From Malacoraja senta (lineage: Eukaryota), in NCBI GenBank assembly GCA_038087875.1, contig CM075981.1, positions 17,484,001 to 17,548,000 of the forward strand: a stretch of 64,000 bases of DNA. Direction: 5' to 3'. A program made the translations under genes and the position numbers. The notes beneath the pieces were generated by a model, which saw only the letters and a list, made by a program, of their open reading frames with translations, did no database searches and had not been told where the DNA came from. This document shows, one piece after another, positions 38,140 through 49,159 of this stretch (position 1 is its first letter; each line of letters opens with the position of its first letter).

Positions 38140-38590
38140 GACTGGACTGTCATATGCTGAGAGAATGGAACGGCTGGCTTCTACACCCTGGAGTTTAAAA
38201 GGATGACAGGGCATCTTATAGAAACATATAAGATTGTTAAGGATTTGGACATTCTAGAGGCAGGAAACATGTTCCCGATTTAGGGGAGTCCAGAACCAGG
38301 GGCCACACTTTAAGAATAAGGGGTAAGCCATTTAGGACGGAGACAAGGAAACACTTTTTCTCACAGTGAGTTGTGAGTCTGGTGGAATTCTCAGCCTCAG
38401 AGGTGGAGGCCGGTTCTCTGGACACCTTCAACAGAGTGCTAGATGGGGCTCTTAAAGATAGCGGAGTCAGGGGATATGGGCAGAAGGCAGGAACGGGTAC
38501 TGATTGGGGATGATAAGCCATGATCACATTGAATGGCGGTGCTGGCTCGAAGGCCGAATGCACCTATTGTCCATTGTCTATTGTCTATAA
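38140..38590 (+). mobile_element. CR1 3' end
   Basis: GLSYAERMERL.., 3'UTR, (ctattgt)n tail. Confidence 0.9.
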
Positions 38591-38599
38591 CTTCGCCGC

Positions 38600-39340
38600 C
38601 TCCCTCCCCAGGCTGAAGCCATCGGCGCCACCGACCCTTATCGGCTGATAGTCCGCCCACAGACCGGGCCATCGACAAATCACCGCCTGCTCGGCCGCTT
38701 CAGACCGAAATACTGGTTTGAATGTTTTTATCTGCACTTTCAACGTCAGCGTTCCCCGGCCATACACTAAGCCTTCATCACCGCATTCAGGTCCCTGGCA
38801 AGCCGAGGTAGCACGTTTACCTGTATTACACGATAACCCTGTCAGTTGCACTCCATGGTGCCCGCCCCTGGCGGTTGCAACTGCTCACGCATGAGTTACT
38901 CAACTACGACTTACTCATGCCTCGTTTACCTCCAAACCTGGTACCTGAATAGCGACATCGTTAAATTTGCTGCCCTTCTCTCATGTACACCATGTCATTA
39001 CTCATATACTCACTTCCTAAAGAGCACAGACATTTTTCTTTCTCTGATCTGCACCTCCATCCTCTCTCCACTCTACTGCCCATGATCCTCCATGGCCGTG
39101 TCTCAACACATACCCAACACCGCTTGGCTTTCCATCAGCCGCCGGCTGACCCATCTCCAATACTAATCTGTCTTTCCTCAGCGGCTGCAGACACATGAAC
39201 GAGCACCAAGCCCATCATCACGACAATACCTTCTTCGGTCGCCTGATCCTCCGGGCCTATTTACCTGGAAAGGACCTCTCTCCTCCCAGTAATTAACCCG
39301 TCTCTGTCTCCCACGTTCTTCCTCGCACGGAATCCTACAG
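38600..39340 (+). mobile_element. Highly decayed LINE endonuclease-like fragment (Rex1/L2-like)
   Basis: CLVYLQTWYLNSD ~ C..TETWL; weak. Confidence 0.3.
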
Positions 39341-39891
39341 CCGGCCATCTACACTCCCTGGACCTTTTGACAACCAATTGTCGGCAGGACACCAACAGGC
39401 CTAAACGCCACTGCACTTACCCACTGCCATCGCAGATACTCTAAGTCTTCGCGCTCCGCTGAAGTAGCAACGATCCGTATGTTGCAATCACACCGGCTAA
39501 AAATGCAGGTGCCGCTGTAGTCTGTCACACTGAAGTGCACAGTGCGGCGGGGTAAACGCAAGCTCTCGGACATCCTACGGTAAGACATTAAAGCAGAATT
39601 AGGTAATTCGGTCCATCAAATGCGTCCGTCATTTCGTTCAAGGCTGATCTATACTTCGTTCTCAACTACATCCTCCTGTCTTCTCTTCGTGACAATCAAT
39701 AAACAATAAATCTCCACTTAAAAAATATCCAATGACATGTCCTTTACCGCTCAGAGTCAGAGCCATCTAAACCCCATACATTATTCAGGTGAACCCTGGA
39801 TCATTCTAGAAAACCTCTTCTGCATCCTTTCCAATGTTATTACATTACTCCTCTGATGTGCAGCCCAATACTGTTCACAGTTACCCCTTGA

Positions 39892-40091
39892 NNNNNNNNN
39901 NNNNNNNNNNNNNNNNNNNNNNNNNNNNNNNNNNNNNNNNNNNNNNNNNNNNNNNNNNNNNNNNNNNNNNNNNNNNNNNNNNNNNNNNNNNNNNNNNNNN
40001 NNNNNNNNNNNNNNNNNNNNNNNNNNNNNNNNNNNNNNNNNNNNNNNNNNNNNNNNNNNNNNNNNNNNNNNNNNNNNNNNNNNNNNNNNNN
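39892..40091. other. Assembly gap
   Basis: Run of n. Confidence 1.
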
Positions 40092-41849
40092 GATTTCACT
40101 CAGTTCCTCCATCTCCTTTGACCCGCGGCCCCCTGCTATTTCCGGCAGATTATTTATGTCTTCCTTAGTGAAGACGGAACCAAAGTAGTTATTCAATTGG
40201 TCTGCCATATCCTTGTTCCCCATGACCAATTCACCTGTTTCTGACTGCAAGGGACCTACATTTGATTTAACTAATCTCTTTCTCTTCACATATCTATAAA
40301 AACTTTTGCAGTCAGTTTTTATGTTCCCTGCCAGTTTCCTTTCATAATCTATTTTCCCTTTCCTAATTAAGCCCTTTGTCCTCCTCTGCTGGTCTCTGAA
40401 TTTCTCCCAGTCCTCTGGTATGCTGCTTTTTCTGGCTAATTTGTACGCATCATCTTTTGCTTTGATACTATCCCTGATTTCCCTTGTTATCCACGGATGC
40501 ACTACCTTCCTTGATTTATTCTTTTGCCAAACTGGGATGAACAATTTTTGTAGTTCATCCATGCAGTCTTTAAATGCCTTCCATTGCATATCCACCGTCA
40601 ACCCTTTTAGAACTAATTGCCAGTCAATCTTGGCCAATTCACGTCTCATACCCTCAAAGTTACCTTTCTTTAAGTTCAGAACCGTTGTTTCTGAATTAAC
40701 AATGTCACTCTCCATCCTAATGAAGAACTCAACCATATTATGATCACTCTTGCCCAAGGGGGCACGCACAACAAGTCTGCTAACTAACCCTTCCTCATTA
40801 CTCAATACCCAGTCTAGAATAGCCTGCTCTCTCGTTGGTTCCTCTACATGTTGGTTTAGATAACTATCCCTCATACATTCCAAGAAATCCTCTTCCTCAG
40901 CACCCCTGCCAATTTGATTCACCCAATCTATATGTAGATTGAAGTCACCCATTATAACTGTTTTGCCTTTGTTGCACGCATTTCTAATTTCCTGTTTGAT
41001 GCCATCCCCAACTTCACTACTACTGCTAGGTGGCCTGTACACAACGCCCACCAGCGTTTTCTGCCCCTTAGTGTTTCGCAGCTCTACCCATACCGATTCC
41101 ACATCCTCCAAGCTAATGTCCTTCCTTTCCACTGCGTTAATCTCCTCTCTAACCAGCAACGCTACCCCACCTCCTTTTCCTTTCTCTCTATCCCTCCTGA
41201 ATATTGAATATCCCTGGATGTTCAGCTCCCAGCCTTGGTCACCTTGGAGCCATGTCTCCGTGATCCCAACTATATCATAATCATTAATTGCTATCTGCAC
41301 GTTCAACTCATCCACCTTATTACGAATGCTCCTTGCATTGAGACACAAAGCCTTCAGGCTTGTTTTTACAACGCTCTTACCCCTTATACAATTATGTTGA
41401 AAAGTGGCTCTTTTTGATTTTTGCCCTGGATTTGTCTGCCTGCCACTTTTACCTTTCACCTTGCTACCTATTGCTTCCGCCCGCATTTTACACCCCTCTG
41501 TTTCTCTGCTCACCCATTTAAGAACCCCACCACCTCTTATTCTCTGTTTATTATTGTTTTCTTCTTTCCCCCCTACATGTTGGGTCTGAGTGCTTTCCTT
41601 CTCTGCCTCCTGCCTCACACACTGTCTAATAGCATTCTCTATTTGAGTCCCTCCCCCCAACCATTCTAGTTTAAAGTCTCCCCAGTAGCCTTTGCAGATC
41701 TCCCCGCCAGGATATCGGTCCCCCTCAGGTTCAAGTGCAACCCATCCTTTTTGTACAGGTCGAACCTTCCACAAAAGAAGTCCCAATGATCCAGAAATTT
41801 GAATCCCTGCCTTCTGCACCAGTCCTTCAGCCACGCATTTATCCTCCAC
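40092..41849 (-). CDS. CR1 ORF2p N-terminal part (APE-like endonuclease plus linker), partial
   Basis: LNARSI, GITETW, GGGVAL, YRPP, MGDFN, LDWVL, SDHN. Confidence 0.92.
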
Positions 41850-42688
41850 CTCGCTCCATTCCTACTCTCACTGTCGCGTGGTACAGGCAGTAATCCCGAG
41901 ATTGTTACCTTTGCTGTCCTTCTCTTTAACTCCCCTCCTAACTCCCTAAATTCTCCTTTCAGGACCTCTTCTCTTTTTTTACCTATGTCATTGGTACCTA
42001 TATGTATCACGACCTCGGGCTCCTCTCCCTGCCCTTTCAGGATGTCTTGGACACGTTGGGACACATCACAGACCCTGGCACCAGGGAGGCAAACTACCAT
42101 CCGGGTCTCCCGACTGCGTCCACAGAATCGCCTGTCTGACCCCCTAACTATAGAGTCCCCTATTAATATTGCCCTCCTCTTATTTTCCTTACCCTTCTGA
42201 GCAACAGGACCGGTCTCTATACCGGAGGCCCGGCCGCTGTCGCTACCCCCAGGTAGGCTGTCCACCCCAACAGTGCTCAAACAGGAGTACTTATTGTCAA
42301 GGTGTACAGCCACCGGGGTACTCTCTAGTCCCTGCCTGTGCCCCTTGCCTCTCCCAACCGTGATCCACTTGCCTGCCTCCTGTGGTGTTGGAGTGACCAC
42401 ATCCCTGTAACTCCTCTCAATGACTTCCTCGCTCTCCCTGACCAGACGGAGGTCATCGAGCTGCTGCTCCAGGTTCCTAATACGGTCCATTAGGAGCCCC
42501 ATCTCGATACACCTGGCGCAGATGTGGACGTCTGGAGGGCTATCAGACTCCATGACTTCCCACATCTGACATCCAGAACAGTAAACTGCCCTGGCCGTGA
42601 TACTCCCCTTACCCTGGATAGAATATAAAATAAACTGATAGAATACAAAACAAACTGCTACAATACAAAACAAACTGCTACAATACAA
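41666..42688 (-). CDS. CR1 ORF1p: zinc finger/coiled coil plus SGNH esterase
   Basis: CSGC..CARC, LEQQLDDL, IGDSIV, HIGTND, DGLH; the true start is probably near 42606 by comparison with 25575. Confidence 0.9.
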   Translation of the reverse strand: MYCSSLFCIVAVCFVFYQFILYSIQGKGSITARAVYCSGCQMWEVMESDSPPDVHICARCIEMGLLMDRIRNLEQQLDDLRLVRESEEVIERSYRDVVTPTPQEAGKWITVGRGKGHRQGLESTPVAVHLDNKYSCLSTVGVDSLPGGSDSGRASGIETGPVAQKGKENKRRAILIGDSIVRGSDRRFCGRSRETRMVVCLPGARVCDVSQRVQDILKGQGEEPEVVIHIGTNDIGKKREEVLKGEFRELGGELKRRTAKVTISGLLPVPRDSESRNGARWRINAWLKDWCRRQGFKFLDHWDFFCGRFDLYKKDGLHLNLRGTDILAGRSAKATGETLN

Positions 42689-42822
42689 AACAAACTGCTA
42701 CAATACAGTACAATCAGCAGGGATCTGACTCCCAATCAGCTGCTCTCTCTTATCTGCGTCCACCAATCAGCGGCTTCCTCAAACCCACTTGTTTTTGAAG
42801 TGGAACGTTGCCGATTTGGGTA

Positions 42823-43349
42823 CTCCTTTTTAAGTCCTACCGCTCGGTTGTAGCTCCTCCCTCAGCGACCTCTCCAACGGCTTTCGGACCTCTGTTAGGA
42901 ACAAGCCCCCGCGCTCCTTTTTAAGTCCTACCGCTCGGTTGTAGCTCCTCCCTCAGCGACCTCTCCAACGGCTTTCGGACCTCTGTTAGGAACAAGCCCC
43001 CGCGCTCCTTTTTAAGTCCTACCGCTCGGTTGTGGCTCCTCCCTCAGCGACCTCTCCAACGGCTTTCGGACCTCTGTTAGGAACAAGCCCCCGCGCTCCT
43101 TTTTAAGTCCTACCGCTCGGTTGTAGCTCCTCCCTCAGCGACCCCTCCAACGGCTTTCGGACCTCTGTTAGGAACAAGCCCCCGCGCTCCTTTTTAAGTC
43201 CTACCGCTCGGTTGTAGCTCCTCCCTCAGCGACCTCTCCAACGGCTTTCGGACCTCTGTTAGGAACAAGCCCCCGCGCTCCTTTTTAAGTCCTACCACTC
43301 GGTTGTAGCTCCTCCCTCAGCGACCTCTCCAACGGCTTTCGGACCTCTG
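42823..43349 (-). repeat. CR1 5'UTR 91-bp tandem monomers (~5.8 near-identical copies)
   Basis: Units start 42823, 42914, 43005, 43096, 43187, ~43279. Confidence 0.95.
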
Positions 43350-43355
43350 TGGTTG

Positions 43356-46300
43356 AGTTAAGTTTAGAGATACAATCTGGAAAAAGGGCCATTCGGTTCA
43401 CCGAGTCCGTACAAATCAGCCATCAGCATTACAATAGTCGTATTTTGGCGAGTCGAGACAGTGAGTGAAATTAAATTGTTTTATTTGAGAACGTGAACAT
43501 AACGAATTAACTCGGGTTGGTAAGACAGCCAATAGCGCGATGCTACTTCCACAAGTGTGGCGCTAGAATGCGACAACACCGTAAAAATCCCGGGAATATC
43601 ACCCCACGCGCCCACGTGATCTGTGCAGCCAATCACAAGGTTTGACTAACCAGAGCTTCCAGCAAGTGTCGCTATAGGACCCCCACCCCCCCCCCCCCCA
43701 GAACCCGAGGTATGGAACCGAGCATAGGGCAGGACACGGCGACCGGAACGCGTGGTAAATGGAAAAGGGGCGGGCGTAACAAGGGAGACTGGCAGAACAA
43801 GGCCAGGGGCCCGGTACGGGGCGGGCGAAACGGAATCAACCGGGTCGAGGGGAACATCCGGTTCGGGGGAAACAGGCACAACAGGTGCAGCTGGTCCGGC
43901 CGGCTGACGACCTCTACGACGGGGCTGCGCAACCACCACCGTCCGCATGGGCCGGCTTGAGCCGGGCGACGGAGACAACCTCTTCCCGGCTCTCCACGTC
44001 CAGGGTAAAGTTTGCGACGCCAGAGGGCAACACCCGGATCGGCCCCTCGTAGACGCGTTGTAAGGGTGATCGGTGAGCATCCCTGCGGACGAAAACAAAC
44101 ATACAGTCTTGCAGGACCAATGGCACAGCGGACATCCCGTGACGCGAGGCAGGCACCGGACCCGGCTCGCTCACCCGCTCTCGAAGATTCGACAGTAACC
44201 CCGGGCACAGTGCACCTGCCCTCGGAGAGCAAGATTACTGTTTAGGTCCGCATTGGGGGCGGTTCGGATGCCGAGCAGCACCCACGGCAACTGGTCTACC
44301 AAGTCCAGACGCGTGAGTCGAGCCTTCCACGCCGACTTGAGGTGGCGGTGGAAGCGCTCGACGAGCCCGTGGGCCTGTGGGTGCAACCGCGCCCCGTATA
44401 ATTGAGCTTGAGAAGTCCACAAAGACTATATAAATTGGCCCCCCCAGTCGGTGGAGATATCCGATGGGACCCCAAACCGGACAATCCAGTTTGCCGGCAG
44501 AGCCCGGGCTCAAGACTCGGAGGTGTTCGAAAGCGGTATAACCTCCGGCCACCTTGTGATTCAATCTACGACTGGGAGTTAGTGAGGGGCGCCGCAGGAT
44601 GTCGATAACGGAGCCACCAAGTCGAAGTAAACGTGCAGGAAGCGGGCCTAAGGGACGGCGAAATCCTGCGCCGGGGTCTGGCAGCGGAGGCAGGCACGGG
44701 CCCCGGCCGCCACCTGCTTGCGGAGCCCGTGCCAGACAAATTTGTCCGCTACCAGCGCAGAGGTTGCCAGGGTGGATGGGTGGGCCAGGCCCTGGATGGC
44801 GTCGAAGTTCCTGAGGCGCCAACATACGGGGACGATGGGGCGAGGTCGACCTGTGGAGATATCGTAGAGGACCATCGTGTCCAAGGGCCCGCACGGGACG
44901 TCGGCTAACCAGAGGCCAGAAACGGCAGTGCGGTAGTCCGCCACCCCAGCATCCGCGCGTTGTGCCGCAGCCAGCTCCTGGTAGTACACGCCGTGGTCCA
45001 CGGCCGAGATGGAACGCCAAGCGGGACGGAACAAAGCGTCAGTGACTGGGTTGTGGTTGCCCACGAGGTGCTGCACGTCCATAGTGAATTCGGAAATAAA
45101 CGCGAGAAGTCGCTGCTGGCGTGCGGACCACGGGTCGGACACCTTACCCAAGTCGATAGTTAGGGGTTTGTGGCCGTTGAACGCGGTGAAAGGGCGGGCC
45201 TCTAAAAAGTTACGAAAATGCCGGATAGCCAGGTAAAATGCGTGGAGCTCTCCGTCGAAGGCGCTGTAGTTGAGCTCGGGGGCCCGTTGCTGACGGCTGA
45301 AAAAGGCCAGCGGCCATTGTTAAGATGCTCTAGAACGCCGCCCACAGCTGTGTGAGAGGCATCTTCATTGAGAGCCGTCGAGGTGGAGGCTCATGGGTGG
45401 ACAAACATGGTGGCATTGGCCAATGCTGCATTGGTAGCCTCGAACGCCGCGTCCGCCTCGGCTGACCAAGCGAGCTCCCGCGGCTCGCCGGCGAGGCACT
45501 TGAAAAGGGGGCGCATGATTTTGGCCACTGTCGGCACGAAACTGTGGTAAAAGTATACCATGCCGACAAATTCCTGCAATTCTTTCACTGTGCGCGGCCG
45601 GGGGAACTGCCGAATGGCCTGTACGTTCGAGGGCAAAGGTGCGGCGCCCTGAGCCCCAGAAAGCAAATAGAGCAGAGGCCGAATTGATATTTAGCGGGGT
45701 TGATAATGACGCCGTGGTCCAGGCGACGATGGAACAGTGTCCGCAAGTGTGATCCTGCTGGCCATGGCTCACGACCACGATGTCGTCGAGGTAGATAAAG
45801 ACGAACGGCAAACCACTCCCGAAATGTCCATAAGGCTTTGTAACGCCTGCCCGGTGTTTTTAATACAAAGGGCAGAGGCAGCCATTCGAACAACCCGAAC
45901 GGGGTGATAGTCGCGGTCTTGGGATCGTCGTCCGGGTTGAAGGGGATTTGGTTGTAACCACGGACCAGGTCGACTTTTGAAAAGAAAGTGGCACCATCGA
46001 GTGGGAGAAAATTCATGGATGTGGGGCAAAAGATAGCTGTCCGCGGTTGTCATGGCGTTCAGACGTCTATAGTCTCCACATGGTCTCCATCCCCAGATGC
46101 TTTTGGGACAATGAGTAACGAGTATGCCCTCGGGCTGTCTGAGTAGCGAAAAAAATCCAAGTCCTCCATGAGCTGAAACTCCTCCCGGGCGATGCGCAGC
46201 TTGTTTGGTGGAAGCGGCGCGCCCGGGCATGCACAGGTGGGTCGTGATGGACGACCCTGTGCTTGGGGGCCGCCGTGCTAAAACGGGGAGTGAAGAGCTC

Positions 46301-47950
46301 CGGTAACACGCGAGGAGGGAGCCATAGCGACCCTCAACCTTTGCGATGGCGCTGAGGTGTGGGCTGGGACGGGGCGGGGGCAGCGGGACCGCGGGTCCGA
46401 GTTCGGACGCCGGAATCATGCGTCCAACACACACGTCGAACAGGTGGGAGAAGGACCATAGGAAGTCGGCACCCAGGAGCGGATGCGCGACGTGCGCTAT
46501 GATAAAAGTCCACTCATACGGGCGGGAGTCAAAAGACAATGAGAGGGTCCGCGTGCCGTAGGTCCGAATGGTACTACGATTAACAGCCGTGAGCACAGGG
46601 ACCCGCTTACCAGCACGGGTGTTCCGTCCAGTCGGTGGGAGGATGGTTTCAATAGCCCCGGAGTCATCGAGAAAACGCCGGCCGGAGTGAAGGTCGCGGA
46701 CGTAGAGGCGGTTGTTCCGGCCGATCGCGATCGGCTTCATAGACGATCGGCCGAAGCGTTTTCATGAAACGAGAAGGGTTGCCGGCAGCGTCGGGCCTCA
46801 GCACCCCAGCGGAGATGGTACAAGCACCATTTGTGCTTACCCAGGTTTGCGGTGCGTGGCTGCGGCTCTGCGATGGAAGCAGTTTGCGGGGCATCCCCGC
46901 GATCCCGCCGAGGCGACCGGCGCGCGGGTGCGGAGAACCGGTTGATGGACCGCCATCTTGCTGCTTCGCGAGCCAGTGTTCGTCGGCTCTCTCGTTGAGC
47001 TGCAGGTGTTCAGAGAAATCGGCGCCGGCGAGCATGAGGCGGATGTCATCAGGCATCTGCTCCAGGAACGCTTGTTCAAAGCGCATACACGGGCGGTGGC
47101 CGTCCATCAGAGCCAACATTTCAGCCATTAGCGTGGACGACTTGCGTTCGCTCAACCCGTCCATGTGTAAGAGGCGAGCGGCCCTGTCTCATTCGGCTGA
47201 GCCCGAACGTACGAAGAAGGAGGTCTTTGAGGCCCTCGTATTTCGCAAGCGCCGGTGGGTCCTGCATGAAGGGAAGCAACCGTGAGGCCGTCTCCTCCCT
47301 TAGAGCGCCGACGACGTGGAAATGTGTTGTTTTCGCGGCGGCAATGTACCGGAGGTGACACTGCGCCTCCACGTGCGGGAACCATACCTGCGGTTGCTCG
47401 GCCATGAACACGGGCAGCTTGAGGCCGACTTCATTTTGCTGGGCGTCGGAAACGGCAGCGGCTTCCATACTGGCGTCCATTATTCGGTTGGACGCGTCGG
47501 GATCACCAGTTTGGCGAGTCGAGAGAGTGAGTGAATTGAAATTGTCTAATTTTAGAACGTGAACACTACGAATTAACTCGGGTCGGTAAGGCAGCCAAAA
47601 GCACGATGCTACTTCCACACGTGTGGCGCTAGAATGCGACATCACCGTAAATAGCTCGCGAACCTCACCCCCGCCTCCACGTGATCCGTGCAACCAATCC
47701 GAGGGTTTGACTAACCAGAGCCACCACCAGGTGCCGCTACACTATCTTACGTAATACGGACAATTTACAGAAGTCAATTAACCTACGCTTTTTGTGAATT
47801 TGGGAGTACACCAGAACATCCCGATTAAACCAATGCGGTCACGGAGAGAAAGGATTAACTCCCGACAGACAGCACCCACAATTTTGATAGAACCAAGGAC
47901 GTTGCCGCTGATAGGCAAACACTTTACCTCTGCGTTACTCTATATCCCCA
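43356..47950 (-). mobile_element. HE1-like SINE split by Gypsy insertion (43356-43443 + 47742-47950)
   Basis: SINE tail left of the LTR element; core and head (caatttacagaag..gaacc..gcgctg-like) right of it. Confidence 0.7.
43444..47741 (-). mobile_element. Ty3/Gypsy LTR retrotransposon, full length, decayed
   Basis: LTRs 47509-47741 and 43444-43676; PBS tggtgatcccgacg (tRNA-Trp-like); PPT 43678-43700; gag KLPVF..QVWF..EAQ; PR FLDDSGA; [20 protein letters not shown]; RNase H; IN GLVERFHR. Confidence 0.95.
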
Positions 47951-49159
47951 GTTGTTAAGCGCTACATTATCGAACATGAACAGGCCATTTGAATCATAAG
48001 CTGCCCGGCGGTATGTGTTGGGGAGCACTTCGGGTCCAGTGATCACAATACCATTAGTTTCAATATAATTATGGACAGGCTCATAATTGGACCAACGGTT
48101 GAGATTTTTGATTACAGAAAGACTAACTTTGAGGAGATGAGAAAGGATTTAAAAGGAGTGAATTGGGGCATTTTGTTTCATGGGAAGGATGTAGAAGAGA
48201 AATAGAGGACATTTAAAGGTGACATTTTAAGAGTACAGGATCTTTATGTCCCTGTTCGGTTGAAAGGAAGTAGTATTAATTGGAAAGAGCCATGGTTTTC
48301 AAGAGAAATTGGACACATGGTTCGGAAAAAGAGTGTGATCTACAATAATTATAGGCAGCATGGAGTAAATGGGGTGCTTGAGGAGTATAAAGAATGTAAA
48401 AAGAATTTTAAGACATAAATTAGAAAAGCAAAATGAAGCTATGATGTTCCTTTGGCAAGTAAGGTGAAAGTAAATCCAAAGGGTCTCTACAGCTATATTA
48501 ATAGTAAAAGGATAACGGGGGATAAAATGAGTCCATTGGAGAGTCTGAGTGGACAGCTATCTGCAGAGCCAAAAGAGATGGGGGAGATATTGAACAATTT
48601 ATTTTCTTCGGTATTCACCAAGGAGAAGGATAGTGAATTATGTGAGGTAAGGGAAACAAGTAGGGTAGCTGTGGGAACTATGAGATTCAAAGAGGAGGAA
48701 GTACGGACACTTTTGAAAAATATAAAAGTGGTTAAGTCTCCAGGTCCTGACAGGATATTCCATAGGACATTGAGGGAAGCTTAGTGTAGACATAGCAGTT
48801 TCAAATGTCATTAGAAACGGGAATGGTGCCGCGGATGTTGTTCTGCGCATGTTGTTCCATTGTTTTAAAAGGGTTTTAAGGGAAAACCTAGCAATTATAG
48901 ACCTGTTAGTTTGACGTCAGTGGTGGGCAAATTAATGGAAAGGATACTTAGAGATAATATATATAAGCATCTGGATAAACATGGTCTGATTAGGAACAGT
49001 CAACATGGATTTGCGCCTGGAAGATCATGTTTGACTAATCTTCTTGAATTTGTTGAATAGGTTACTAGGGAAATTGATGAGGGTAAAGCGGTGGATGTTG
49101 TCTATATGGACTTCAGTAAGGCCTTTTACAAGGTTCCACGTGGAAGGTTGGTTAAGAAG

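Larger units (their letters stand above)
40092..43349 (-). mobile_element. Young CR1 LINE 5' half (5'UTR, ORF1, ORF2 EN), truncated at gap
   Basis: Uninterrupted ORF1 and ORF2; same family as 23108-26135. Confidence 0.97.
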
